Source: Ruditapes philippinarum
Taxonomy: Eukaryota
DNA: 64,000 nucleotides
Reading direction: 5' to 3'
Assembly (NCBI RefSeq): GCF_026571515.1
Contig: NW_026859066.1
Coordinates: 62,001 to 126,000, forward strand
The translations under genes were made by a program, and so were the position numbers. The notes under the pieces were generated by a model. That model was not told where the DNA came from and made no database searches. It worked only from the letters and a program-made list of their open reading frames with translations. Position 1 is the first letter of the stretch, and each line of letters begins with the position of its first letter. This document shows positions 9,132-21,479 of this stretch, piece after piece.

Positions 9132-12100
9132 GTCAGGATGATGAATTATCATTTTTTCCATGTTTGCCGAAGTACAGGTCCAGGGGTCGGTTCCAAAAAG
9201 ATGCATCGCAAGTGAAGAACAAGGTACATTGCACCAAGAAGTATGCTGGACATCCTAGCCTTTTACCAGGGGTCTTCACTATCTTCTGTCCTCATGGTGA
9301 GTAATCTATATATATAGTTACCTTGTTATTGTTGTTGGTTTAAATGCTTTTGATGTTAAAATTCAAGACTGAAATATATATAGTATAATAAGTACTTTAA
9401 ATAGTCACCCACAGACACTAAATCAAGAAACTACCACCCTTCTATACTGATACATCTTTGTTGATTTGATTTATACTAGATTTTGGGATGAACTGGTATT
9501 TGTCTGAATATCTTCACTAATACAGTATCATTGATGGTGTCTTGTTTCTAGTATTCTTTAAATAATATACTTGGCTCATTGTTTGTATGGGACAACAGTC
9601 TGTTCAAGTCCCATTCATCACTGTTACATGTAATTTTCACATAATGACAGTGCTCTGCTTTTAACCATTTGCAGAGGAAAACTGTGCTTTCTTACTTCTT
9701 CAGGTATATACTATGGTTTTCAAGTAATGGCTTCAAATGAGTCTCCAAATGTACCATTTACTATTCTGAGGACTAGATTCAAACGTGGTGAGTGCAGATA
9801 TTATATACATACTTTTTCTAAGATACAGTTACTGTATCAAATGACCCTATGTCATCAACAACAATTAAAGAATGAGAATTGACTTTTTTGTCCCCTGTTT
9901 GTCTCTGCATGTGTCAGTAACAAGCTGACTGGAGACTGAAGCTGAAACTATGTCAGTTTGTAAGTTGTCTATAACGTAAAAATGGATATATCTTATAATG
10001 GAAAGCTCATTACATAAGAAATATATAACTATATAACCTTATAAAGCATAATTTTAGAATAACTGCCAAAATTGTTTTTTACAAAAAAAAGTGTCTCAGA
10101 AGCAAAAGTGATAAAGTATTTGGTACAATCTGAAACATCATAAATCGATATATATGGCATTAAGGGGATAACATTTTCCAAGAAACATATAGATTTTACC
10201 ACTAATCTGATAATAAGAATTAGATATGTCAGGGATCTATGCATAATGACAATCTTCAATTGTATAGAAACAAAAAATAATTCTGTTTCTACACTACTAT
10301 TTAGTGTTGTATTAATGCGGTGGCATAGTTTTTATCACAAATGCAATCTTGTTTTGCCTTATTTTGCAGATAAAAATAAGTTTGCTGCTAAATTCTTTTT
10401 TTAGGTGTATAACCAATGTAAACACCAAAATTATGCCCTATCATACAATTACCAATTATGCAACTTTTGTGTTTTTACTTTTAATTTCAGCCCCAAGACA
10501 AGTTATATATGACAATGCATGCAAGCTGCATGAGTATTGTCTTAACAGAGATCCACTGTTCTTTAAAGAAACAGAATTTTATATTGACCGACTGCATTTG
10601 GATAACCATACTAGTAAGTTAAATGTAATTATATTAAATTGAAGGATAAAAAGGTTAATGTAGCATTTTTCCAGCGTTAACATTTGCAAAAGCTTATATT
10701 GCATTGAAAGCCCAATCATGTGAAAAAGGCCTCTTTCAATGATTTTGAGCTCAGTCGTACATAATATATGGAGAGCTGTCCTACTCGCTCAGGCGTCGGC
10801 GTCCATGTCTGCGTCCAGATTTCAGATTCAAGTTTTGGTGCAGTGAAATATTTTTCACTATTAACTTTTTCATTTCTTAAGGTATCAACTTCAAACTTCA
10901 AATATATGTTCCTTATCATTAACCACATGCTATGTGACAAGGTTCTTAACTCTAGCACAAATATTGCAAGAATTATCTTCTTCATGAACTTTTTTAATTG
11001 AAAAATGTTACTTTTTAATATAATAGCTTCTTTAGTTTTGGAGGTATCCACCTCAAATTTCAAATACATATTTATTATCATCAATTACATCTTATGTGAC
11101 AAGGTTCATAACTCTTGAAGCAATATTTTTAGATTTCTCTCCATTTGAACTATGGATTTTTAAAGAAATATTTTAACTTCTTTACTTTTTAGCTCACCTG
11201 TCACAAAGTGACAGGGTGAGCTTTTGTGATCGCTTTTCGTCCGTCCGTCCGTCGTCCGTCCGTACACTTTTACTTAAAATGACATCTCCTCATAAACCAC
11301 TAAGCCAATTTCATCCAAACTTCACAGGAATGTTCCTTTGGTGGTCACCTTTAAAAATTGTTCAAAGAATTTAATTCCATGCAGAACTCTGGTTGCCATG
11401 GCAACCGAAAAAAAAACTTAAAAAATTTTCTTTTAAAAAACCCTAAGAGCTAGAGCTTAGATATTTGACATGAAACATCTTCTAATAAGTGTCTACCAAG
11501 TTTTTTCAAATAAAAGCCCTGGGATCAAAATTGGCCCCGCCCCAGGGGGTCTTTGATTTTACCTATATGCATATAGTAAAAACTTAAAAAATCTTCTTTT
11601 AAAGAACCCAAAGAGCTAGAGCTAAGATATTTAGCATGAAACATCTTCTAATGAGTGTCTACCAAGTTTGTTCAAATAAAAGCCCTGGGGTTAAAATTGT
11701 CCCCGCCCCAGGGGTCTTTGATTTTCCCTATATGCATATAGTAAAAACTTAAAAAATCTTCTTTTAAAGAACTCAAAGAGCTAGAGCTAAGTGGAAATTT
11801 GAGCATAAAACATCTTCTCCATATTTTCCAAGATCAAATGGTATGGCAGAGAAAGCTGTTTCAATTGCTAAAAGGTTACTTACTAAAGCAAAAGAAAGTG
11901 GTCACAACCCGTATACAGCTTTGCTCGAATACAGAAATACCCCCCTCGACTGTGGACTGAATCACTCCCAAACTGTTACAACCTAAAACCATATCTTCTT
12001 CCCTCGTCATAAAAAATAATGATAGGTCAAAGATTACGCAAAAGAAAAATCACGACAAAAACGCCAAGCCCCTATGCCCCCTTTATGTAAATGACTCCGT

Positions 12101-12658
12101 GAGAATTCGTTCAGGAAAAATTTGGGAACCAGCCAAAATCATCAATAAACATGATGAAAGGTCATATTCCGTTGTTACGCAAGATGGAACTGTTTATCGT
12201 CGTAACAGGCAACATCTTTTGAAAACAGAGGAAAATTTCTCACACTTTGACCCAATGCAACTCAATATTTTTGCTGATCCTGATATAAGTAAAGAGCAAA
12301 CATGTGTAAACAATCAAGATCAGATTAACCGCAATACTGAAGGCCCTTATATAACACGGTCAGGGAGAGTGGTGAAAAGCAATCAGCGCTATTCAAGTAG
12401 TCAGTGGGTGAAATAAACATCATAAACATATGATTTTACCTTTCACACCACTTGTTGTACTCTTATCAAAACAAATTATAATTTTGATATGTACTATAAT
12501 TTTTTATAGATTTTATTCATTTCTGAACATACAATGTTTCATCTATATTTAATTTTCTGAATGAAAAAGTGCTACTTGTTTTACACCTTATTGCAATTAT
12601 GAATTGATTTCTGATAATAAAAGAATATTATTTTTTTTTAATACTTAAAGAAGGGAGA

Positions 12659-12879
12659 TGTAGTATGTTTACCATACTGTTATCTTGAAACAGACTATAG
12701 CTAGTCTATACATGTAACCTGGCTGGAATTATCCGTCAGTCGTTGACCAGCTACACTTGTAGTAAGATCGCTTGATCATATCTTTATATTACTAGTCTTG
12801 TAAATAAACTGTATATATATGTATATCGGACTTTGTTATTATATACTTGACTTTATTATATAGTTACAACGATACAACA
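12659..12879 (+). repeat. Third copy of the Gypsy LTR, created by the duplication
   Basis: Same LTR with +2 bp (AT), preceded by the PPT and followed by GTCAG. Confidence 0.95.
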
Positions 12880-14937
12880 GTCAGGATGATGAATTATCAT
12901 TTTTTCCATGTTTGCCGAAGTACAGGTCCAGGGGTCGGTTCCAAAAAGATGCATCGCAAGTGAAGAACAAGGTACATTGCACCAAGAAGTATGCTGGACA
13001 TCCTAGCCTTTTACCAGGGGTCTTCACTATCTTCTGTCCTCATGGTGAGTAATCTATATATATAGTTACCTTGTTATTGTTGTTGGTTTAAATGCTTTTG
13101 ATGTTAAAATTCAAGACTGAAATATATATAGTATAATAAGTACTTTAAATAGTCACCCACAGACACTAAATCAAGAAACTACCACCCTTCTATACTGATA
13201 CATCTTTGTTGATTTGATTTATACTAGATTTTGGGATGAACTGGTATTTGTCTGAATATCTTCACTAATACAGTATCATTGATGGTGTCTTGTTTCTAGT
13301 ATTCTTTAAATAATATACTTGGCTCATTGTTTGTATGGGACAACAGTCTGTTCAAGTCCCATTCATCACTGTTACATGTAATTTTCACATAATGACAGTG
13401 CTCTGCTTTTAACCATTTGCAGAGGAAAACTGTGCTTTCTTACTTCTTCAGGTATATACTATGGTTTTCAAGTAATGGCTTCAAATGAGTCTCCAAATGT
13501 ACCATTTACTATTCTGAGGACTAGATTCAAACGTGGTGAGTGCAGATATTATATACATACTTTTTCTAAGATACAGTTACTGTATCAAATGACCCTATGT
13601 CATCAACAACAATTAAAGAATGAGAATTGACTTTTTTTGTCCCCTGTTTGTCTCTGCATGTGTCAGTAACAAGCTGACTGGAGACTGAAGCTGAAACTAT
13701 GTCAGTTTGTAAGTTGTCTATAACGTAAAAATGGATATATCTTATAATGGAAAGCTCATTACATAAGAAATATATAACTATATAACCTTATAAAGCATAA
13801 TTTTAGAATAACTGCCAAAATTGTTTTTTACAAAAAAAAGTGTCTCAGAAGCAAAAGTGATAAAGTATTTGGTACAATCTGAAACATCATAAATCGATAT
13901 ATATGGCATTAAGGGGATAAACATTTTCCAAGAAACATATAGATTTTACCACTAATCTGATAATAAGAATTAGATATGTCAGGGATCTATGCATAATGAC
14001 AATCTTCAATTGTATAGAAACAAAAAATAATTCTGTTTCTACACTACTATTTAGTGTTGTATTAATGCGGTGGCATAGTTTTTATCACAAATGCAATCTT
14101 GTTTTGCCTTATTTTGCAGATAAAAATAAGTTTGCTGCTAAATTCTTTTTTAGGTGTATAACCAATGTAAACACCAAAATTATGCCCTATCATACAATTA
14201 CCAATTATGCAACTTTTGTGTTTTTACTTTTAATTTCAGCCCCAAGACAAGTTATATATGACAATGCATGCAAGCTGCATGAGTATTGTCTTAACAGAGA
14301 TCCACTGTTCTTTAAAGAAACAGAATTTTATATTGACCGACTGCATTTGGATAACCATACTAGTAAGTTAAATGTAATTATATTAAATTGAAGGATAAAA
14401 AGGTTAATGTAGCATTTTTCCAGCGTTATCATTTGCAAAAGCTTATATTGCATTGAAAGCCCAATCATGTGAAAAAGGCCTCTTTCAATGATTTTGAGCT
14501 CAGTCGTACATAATATATGGAGAGCTGTCCTACTCGCTCAGGCGTCGGCGTCCATGTCTGCGTCAGATTTCAGATTCAAGTTTTGGTGCAGTGAAATATT
14601 TTTCACTATTAACTTTTTTCATTTCTTAAGGTATCAACTTCAAACTTCAAATATATGTTCCTTATCATTAACCACATGCTATGTGACAAGGTTCTTAACT
14701 CTAGCACAAATATTGCAAGAATTATCTTCTTCATGAACTTTTTTTAATTGAAAAATGTTACTTTTTAATATAATAGCTTCTTTAGTTTTGGAGGTATCCA
14801 CCTCAAATTTCAAATACATATTTATTATCATCAATTACATCTTATGTGACAAGGTTCATAACTCTTGAAGCAATATTTTTAGATTTCTCTCCATTTGAAC
14901 TATGGATTTTTTAAAGAAATATTTTAACTTCTTTACT

Positions 14938-17900
14938 TTTTAGCTCACCTGTCACAAAGTGACAGGGTGAGCTTTTGTGATCGCTTTTCGTCCGTCCGTC
15001 CGTCGTCCGTCCGTACACTTTTACTTAAAATGACATCTCCTCATAAACCACTAAGCCAATTTCATCCAAACTTCACAGGAATGTTCCTTGGTGGTCACCT
15101 TTAAAAAATTGTTCAAAGAATTTAATTCCATGCAGAACTCTGGTTGCCATGGCAACCGAAAAAAAAACTTAAAAAATTTTCTTTTAAAAAACCCTAAGAG
15201 CTAGAGCTTAGATATTTGACATGAAACATCTTCTAATAAGTGTCTACCAAGTTTTTTCAAATAAAAGCCCTGGGATCAAAATTGGCCCCGCCCCAGGGGG
15301 TCTTTGATTTTACCTATATGCATATAGTAAAAACTTAAAAAATCTTCTTTTAAAGAACCCAAAGAGCTAGAGCTAAGATATTTAGCATGAAACATCTTCT
15401 AATGAGTGTCTACCAAGTTTGTTCAAATAAAAGCCCTGGGGTTAAAATTGTCCCCGCCCCAGGGGTCTTTGATTTTCCCTATATGCATATAGTAAAAACT
15501 TAAAAAATCTTCTTTTAAAGAACTCAAAGAGCTAGAGCTAAGATCTTTAGCATGAAACATGTTCTAATGGGTGCTACAAAGTTTGTTCAAATAAAAGCCC
15601 TGGGGTCAAAATTGGCCCCGCCCCGGGGGTCGTTGATTTTCCTTATATGTGTATAGCAAAAACTTAAAAATCTTCTTTGAAAAAACCAAATAGCTAGAGC
15701 TTAGATATATTAGCATGAAACGTCTTCTAGTGAGTGTCTACCAAGTTTGTTCAAATAAAAGCCCTGGGGTCAAAATTGGCCCCGCCCCAGGAGCTCATTG
15801 ATTTTCCCTATATGCATATAGTAAAAACTTAAAAAATCTTCTTTTAAAGAACTCAAAGAGCTAGAGCTAAGATCTTTAGCATGAAACATGCTCTAATGGG
15901 TGTCTACAAAGTTTGTTCAAATAAAAGCCCTGGGGTCAAAATTGGTCCCGCCACGGGGGTCATTGATTTTCCTTATATGTGTTTAGACAAAAACTTAAAA
16001 AATCTACTTTGAAACAAACCAAATAGCTAGAGCTAAGATATTAAGCATGAAACATCTTCTAGTGAGTGTCTACCAAGTTTGTTCAAATAAAAGCCCTGGG
16101 GTCAAAATTGGCCCCGCCCCAGGGGGTCATTGATTTTCCCTATATGCATATAGTAAAAACTTAAAAAAGTCTTTTTTTAAAGAACTCAAAGAGCTAGAGC
16201 TAAGATCTTAAGCATGAAACATGTTCAAATGGGTGTCTACAAAGTTTGTTCAAATAAAAGCCCTGGGGTCAAAATTGGCCCCGCCACGGGGGTCATTGAT
16301 TTTCCTTATATGTGTATAGCAAAAACTTTAAAAATCTTCTTTGAAAAAAAAAACAAATAGCTAGAGCTTAGATATTAAGCATGAAACATCTTCTAGTGAG
16401 TGTCTACCAAGTTTGTTCAAAAAAAAGCCCTGGGGTCAAAATTGGCCCGCCCCAGGGGGTCTTTGATTTTACCTATATGCATATAGTAAAAACTTAAAAA
16501 ATCTTCTTTTAAAGAACTCAAAGAGCTAGAGCTAAGATATGTAGCATGAAACATCTTCTAACGGGTGTCTACAAAGTTTGTTCAAATAAAAGCCCTGGGG
16601 TCAAAATTGGCCCACCGCCACGGGGGTCATTGATTTTCCTTATATGTGTATAGCAAAAACTTAAAAAATCTTCTTTGAAAAAAAAAACAAATAGCTAGAG
16701 CTAAGATATTAAGCATGAAACATCTTCTAGTGAGTGTCTACCAAGTTAGTTTAAATAAAAGCCCAAGGGTCAAAATTGGCCCCGCCCCAGGGGGTCATTG
16801 ATTTTCCCTATATGCATATAGTAAAAACTTAAAAAATCTTCTTTTAAAGAACTCAAAGAGCTAGAGCTAAGATCTTTAGCATGAAACATGTTCAAATGGG
16901 TGTCTACAAAGTTTGTTCAAATAAAAGCCCTGGGGTCAAAATTGGCCCCGCCACGGGGGTCATTGATTTTCCTAATATGTGTATAGCAAAAATTTAAAAA
17001 ATCTTCTTTGAAAAAAACCAAATAGCTAGAGCTTAGATATTAAGCATGAAACATCTGCTAGTGAATGTCTACCAAGTTTGTTCAAATAAAAGCCCTGGGG
17101 TCAAAATTGGCCCGCCCGAGGGGGTCTTTGATTTTCCCTATATGCATATAGTAAAAACTTAAAAAATCTTCTTTTAAAGAACCCAAAGAGCTAGAGCTTA
17201 GATATTTAGCATGAAACATCTTCTAATGAGTGTCTACCAAGTTTGTTCAAATAAAAGCCCAAGGGTCAAAATTGGCCCCGCCCCAGGGGGTCATTGATTT
17301 TCCCTATATGCATATAGTTAAAACTTAAAAAATCTTCTTTTAAAGAACTCAAAGAGCTTTAGCATGAAACATGTTCTAATGGGTGTCTACCAAGTTTGTT
17401 CAAATAAAAGCCCTGGGGTCAAAATTGGCCCCGCCCCGGGGGTCATTGATTTTCCTTATATGTGTATAGCAAAAACTTAAAAATCTTCTTTGAAAAAACC
17501 CAAATAGCTGGAGTTTAGATATTAAGCATGAAACATCTTTAAGTGAGTGTCTATAAAGTTTGTTCAAATAAAAGCCCTGGGGTCAAAATTGGACCCGCCC
17601 CGGGTGTCATTGATTTTCCTTATATGTGTATAGCAAAAACTTAAAAATCTTCTTTGAAAAAACCCAAATAGCTAGAGTTTAGATATTAAGCATGAAACAT
17701 CTTCTAGTAAGTGTCTACAAAGTTTGTTCAAATGAAAGCCCTGGGGTCAAAACTGGCCCGCCCCAGGGGTGTCATTGATTAAAAAACACAATGAGCTAGA
17801 GCTTAGATGTTTAGCATGAAACATCCTCTTATTGGTGTCTACCAAGTTTGTTCAAATAAAAGCCCTTGGATTAAAATTGGCCCTGCCGGGGGGGGGGGGC

Positions 17901-18088
17901 AGGTTGGAGGTGGGGGGTAGATCGTTGTTTTTCATTATATGTGTGTAGTAAAAACTTAACATCGTGAAACATCTTCTAATGGGTGTCCTCCAAGTTTGTT
18001 CAAATAAAAGTCCTGGGGTTTAAACTGGCCCCGCTGCGGGTGCCTTTATACAGGTGAGCGACCTCAGGGCCATCATGGCCCTCTTGTT
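14938..18088 (+). mobile_element. Helentron-like non-autonomous element carrying a ~165-bp satellite array (partial duplicate at 11187-11790)
   Basis: 5' TTTTAGCTCACCTG + hairpin (TGTCAC aaa GTGACA) + (GTCC)n; about 17 tandem monomers (AAAAGCCCTGGGGTCAAAATTGGCCCCGCCC...); 3' CAGGTGAGCG (subterminal inverted repeat) + GGGCCATCATGGCCC hairpin + TCTTGTT. Confidence 0.85.
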
Positions 18089-19597
18089 AAGGTATCTACT
18101 TCAAATATATAATTTTTTTTACTCTTAACACACAGTATGTTGGTAACAAGGTTTCAAATCTACGCGTGACTCATTTCCAGAATATCCCCCTTGAACTTGG
18201 GAATTAATGTAAACAAATGTTATTTTTTTTGCTATAACTCAATACATGATTATACATAATTGATTTTCTTTCATAGATTTGCCTTCCTTACTGCGTCCAG
18301 TATTTCATTAGAGGAGCTTCGCTGTCTCCTGTGACAGCTCTTCTTTAAATGGACTTCAAGTTGACCAGAAAGACTTTGACCTTCACTCATAAATGTCCTT
18401 GACCTCAAATTATTGAAATGTTCACGTTTTTGTTGTAACTGACTATAATTTTAATATAAATGAAAGAATTGAATGCATTTTATAACAGAACATTCTTTAG
18501 GATAAAACCTTTATGTCTTTTATGACCTTGAAGGTTAAATTATTGATAATTGAAATTTAATTTTTGTAAATTGTTACAATTTTGTTATTAATGTACAGAT
18601 TTTATTTAAAATTATATCAAACAAGATTTGCAACCCAACAAACATCTTGAATATTTTAAATATGACATTAATCCTAAATTAACCCTTACTGTCAAGGTCA
18701 AATAAATGAATGCTTTTAAAATAAGTTAAAATAAAGCGTCGCCCCTGCCCGGCAATTTAAATAATGCTAATGAAATTCACTTACGCTAGATCCTGTCTCT
18801 GCTCGATTGTCACTGCATCTTAATTATCGTAATTCCTTATTTTACAGGTTGCAGCTATGGATATAACTTGTCTATGTATCCAGAACTTGAGAAGCTCAAC
18901 AGCCAGTGCAATGAACAAGCTAATACTGGACTTAAAAGAATAAAAGACCAACTTTCCTATATGACAGCCTGAAACTTTATGACCCATTGTGCATTTTATT
19001 TAAGACACCAAAACATTTGCAAATTGAAATCTATTTAATGCTTATTCAGGTATGGTTAATCCATTGCCTATAAATGAGTCATTTTATACAAAGATAAAGA
19101 CCAGTGAGAAGAACTGCAGTGTCTAAGAACCAAAGCCATATTCCTACTTTTGGAGATATACTTATCTTCCTTGATATCATTTTATGATGCTTGTTACACT
19201 TTTGCTTGTACAATTTTTTCTAGCTCGAATTCTCTCATTTATGACTTTGGATCTCATTGGATAGAACTGCAATGCTAACAAACATTAACACAGCCTTGTC
19301 TAATTTTGGAGTTATTGCCCTTAGTTCATTTTTACACTTTGACCACCATAGACATGTAAGTCTCAATATCGTATGTGCCTTGTTAATGTATGTCTTGGAG
19401 CCTTTATTTGGAAGTATTTATATTACAGTAGTATTGTTTTATAAGGGATGCCGTTTACTGGATAGTTGCATGCGTATTTGCTCATTTCTCTGTACCAATA
19501 AATATATGCATTGACTACCAAGTGTTGTTGTTGTTGTATAAGTATATATACTATTTTGAAATATCAGTGCCGTCTTCTTGAATGTAAATCTATTAGT

Positions 19598-19657
19598 TTT
19601 TAGCTCGGCTATAGAAGTATATGGAGAGCTGTTCTACTTACCCTGGCGTCGGCGTCA
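19598..19657 (+). mobile_element. Truncated 5' end of the same HINE family as 10743
   Basis: TTTTTAGCTCGGCTATAGAAGTATATGGAGAGCTGTTCTACTTACCCTGGCGTCGGCGTC resembles 10743-10803. Confidence 0.6.
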
Positions 19658-21479
19658 AATTTTAAATAGTTATCGTATCGGTTTCATATTATCCTAAACA
19701 GTTCAAGTTTAGCCAAGGCTTTCCAGAAAAGTAATAGCAGTATCTTTAAGAGCATACTATAGACAGTTCTTTTTAAGAATTTAATTTTACGCTTTATATC
19801 AATGTTACAAAAATGACGAGCAAAAGTAAGTAAATGAAAACAAGGTTAACAAAATGCTTTTATACACGCGCATCTTTCAAAATAAAAGACATTGTTGCAT
19901 CAACTAAATCCTTAGCTATTCAAGGGACATAGTTTTTACATATACATGACTTTTATCTTTGGGTTTAGCGTGTGTGTAAACATACTCAAAATTTCAATTT
20001 AACAGTTATTGAATGATAAAAATGAATATGCACTGACTGAATAGCAAACACGGGTGACCATGATCAGACAGTACGGGTGTGTAAAAGGTAAAATTTCACA
20101 AGAAATACAAACCAAATTATAGTTCAACTATTTTGAAAAGACAAATTGATGTATTCGTTCAGAACAAAAGTCTGGTCTCTTCAGTGACTTTTTACATGAA
20201 GAGACCGTGTGCCAAAAAATATAAATTTTCAGTTTACATTTATACCACTATAATGAAAATTACAAAAAAATACGTAAGAAAAACAAACCAAATTATAGTT
20301 AGAAGAGACCGTTCGCCGAAAAAGTCACAATAAATTTAAGTCAGTATGATAAAAATATGTTAGAAATACAAACAAAAGAAAATTGAAACTGTTATGGCAA
20401 AAGCCAAGTTAATGTTTTTCCTCTTATAATAATTGCAACGATCATATGTTTGAGAGTAAAAATGTCCTTTGTACGTGTTTAATGATGTAAAAATATTACT
20501 CGTTCTAACGTGCTTAAAACCAAAATACTAGTATGTCTGATTGATTAGGTGAAGTACTGATATTATAAAAGTACACACATATATTGTCAAAAAGAAAATC
20601 GACGTTTTCGTTCGTCTGTATGATGTGATTATCAATCGTTTTTCGTCATAAACAATCTTTATGATACGTTTTAAATAGCCACTAAAAGTATTATAAATTA
20701 AATGCAAAAATCTTTGTGACAAGATAAAGGGAAGTATCCTTTGACACGAGCAATATATATTCTGATCCTATTTGTTCATCTGTTTACTGGCCGCGTGTAC
20801 ACATATATATTATTAGTTATAAAAAAATGACAGGTCATATGGTATATGAACGGTTGTTTCGATACATAACCGACAGCTAGACGAATTTATAAAACAGCAA
20901 GCATCTTTTATAAGAAAAAAAGTGATATTCCTTCATAAATTTTTAGCAGGCGTGTATACAATACAATAGAACCCTCACGATAATCATGACTTTTTTTTAT
21001 TTCCTCAGCTGACATTTATGGTGCTTTGAGATTGCTGAACTACAGATTTTACCTTTTCCGGAGTTACCCGATGCAATAATGCTTACTTGTTGTAACCCTT
21101 ATAGCTGTTGTGTCAACAAACAGTCTGTCTTTCAAGCTTAAGCGAGTTTTACGGCCAACATACCTTTCGTAGTCCCTGCCTTCTTTGTGTCTTCAGTATT
21201 CACACCGTAAGATAGTTAGTAGAAGATAAGGTACGGCCCTATTATAATGAATGATACAGATAGTTTTGCGTATTAAACCAGAAACACAAATCCAGGAGTT
21301 TCCAATTACATGACATATCTATCATAACCGAGCAGAACCACACTACTTTGATGGTTTTATCCAATTTCAAATGCACCAACTATTTGAAAAGTGAAGCATT
21401 TTCTGTGATATAGACAGAACGACACATTTGTGTATAGCAAATCAAATACATCTTGATACTTTCCAATATCACTTCTCAT

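Larger units (their letters stand above)
7999..15541 (+). repeat. Tandem segmental duplication: 7999-11790 repeated at 11791-15541
   Basis: Copy 2 repeats the integrase 3' end (with a ~50-bp deletion near 11955), the 3' LTR (12659-12879), the TSD, three KDZ exons and the start of the satellite element. Confidence 0.95.
10743..18345 (+). mobile_element. Outer Helentron-like non-autonomous element (HINE/pearl-like), interrupted by an inner element and the duplication
   Basis: 5' end TTTTGAGCTCAGTCG..GAGAGCTGTCCTACTCGCTCAGGCGTCGGCGTC, ~160-bp core units (AAGGTATCAACTTCAAA..TGTGACAAGGTTC), 3' end GAGGAGCTTCGCTGTCTCCTGTGACAGCTCTT. The core unit resumes at 18089 exactly after the inner element. 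Confidence 0.7.
3901..19038 (+). pseudogene. Spliced KDZ (Kyakuja-Dileera-Zisupton)-type transposase, 5' part missing, disrupted
   Basis: Exons 3901-4395+9137-9296 (split by the LTR element), 9704-9787, 10491-10613 (duplicates 12885-13044, 13452-13535, 14240-14362) and 18848-19038. GT-AG introns join in phase to give ...LSFFPCLPKYRSRG...HCTKKYAGHPSLLPGVFTIFCPHG/IYYGFQVMASNESPNVPFTILRTRFKR/APRQVIYDNACKLHEYCLNRDPLFFKETEFYIDRLHLDNHT/SCSYGYNLSMY...NSQCNEQANTGLKRIKDQLSYMTA*NFM. These are the CxH, ESP, YDxAC, DxxHxxxH and NSQxxEQxN motifs of KDZ transposases. Lesions: +5-bp frameshift near 4139 and a premature TGA at 18970. Confidence 0.85.

Noticed and set aside
10349-10642. Stand-alone 97-aa ORF (and 13996-14391)
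   Set aside because: Only 10491-10613 (14240-14362) is coding; it is an internal KDZ exon flanked by intron read-through.
9132-12879. A second LTR element bounded by LTR2 and LTR3 that captured host exons
   Set aside because: No PBS after LTR2 and no new TSD; the same GTCAG flank follows both LTRs. It is explained by tandem duplication.
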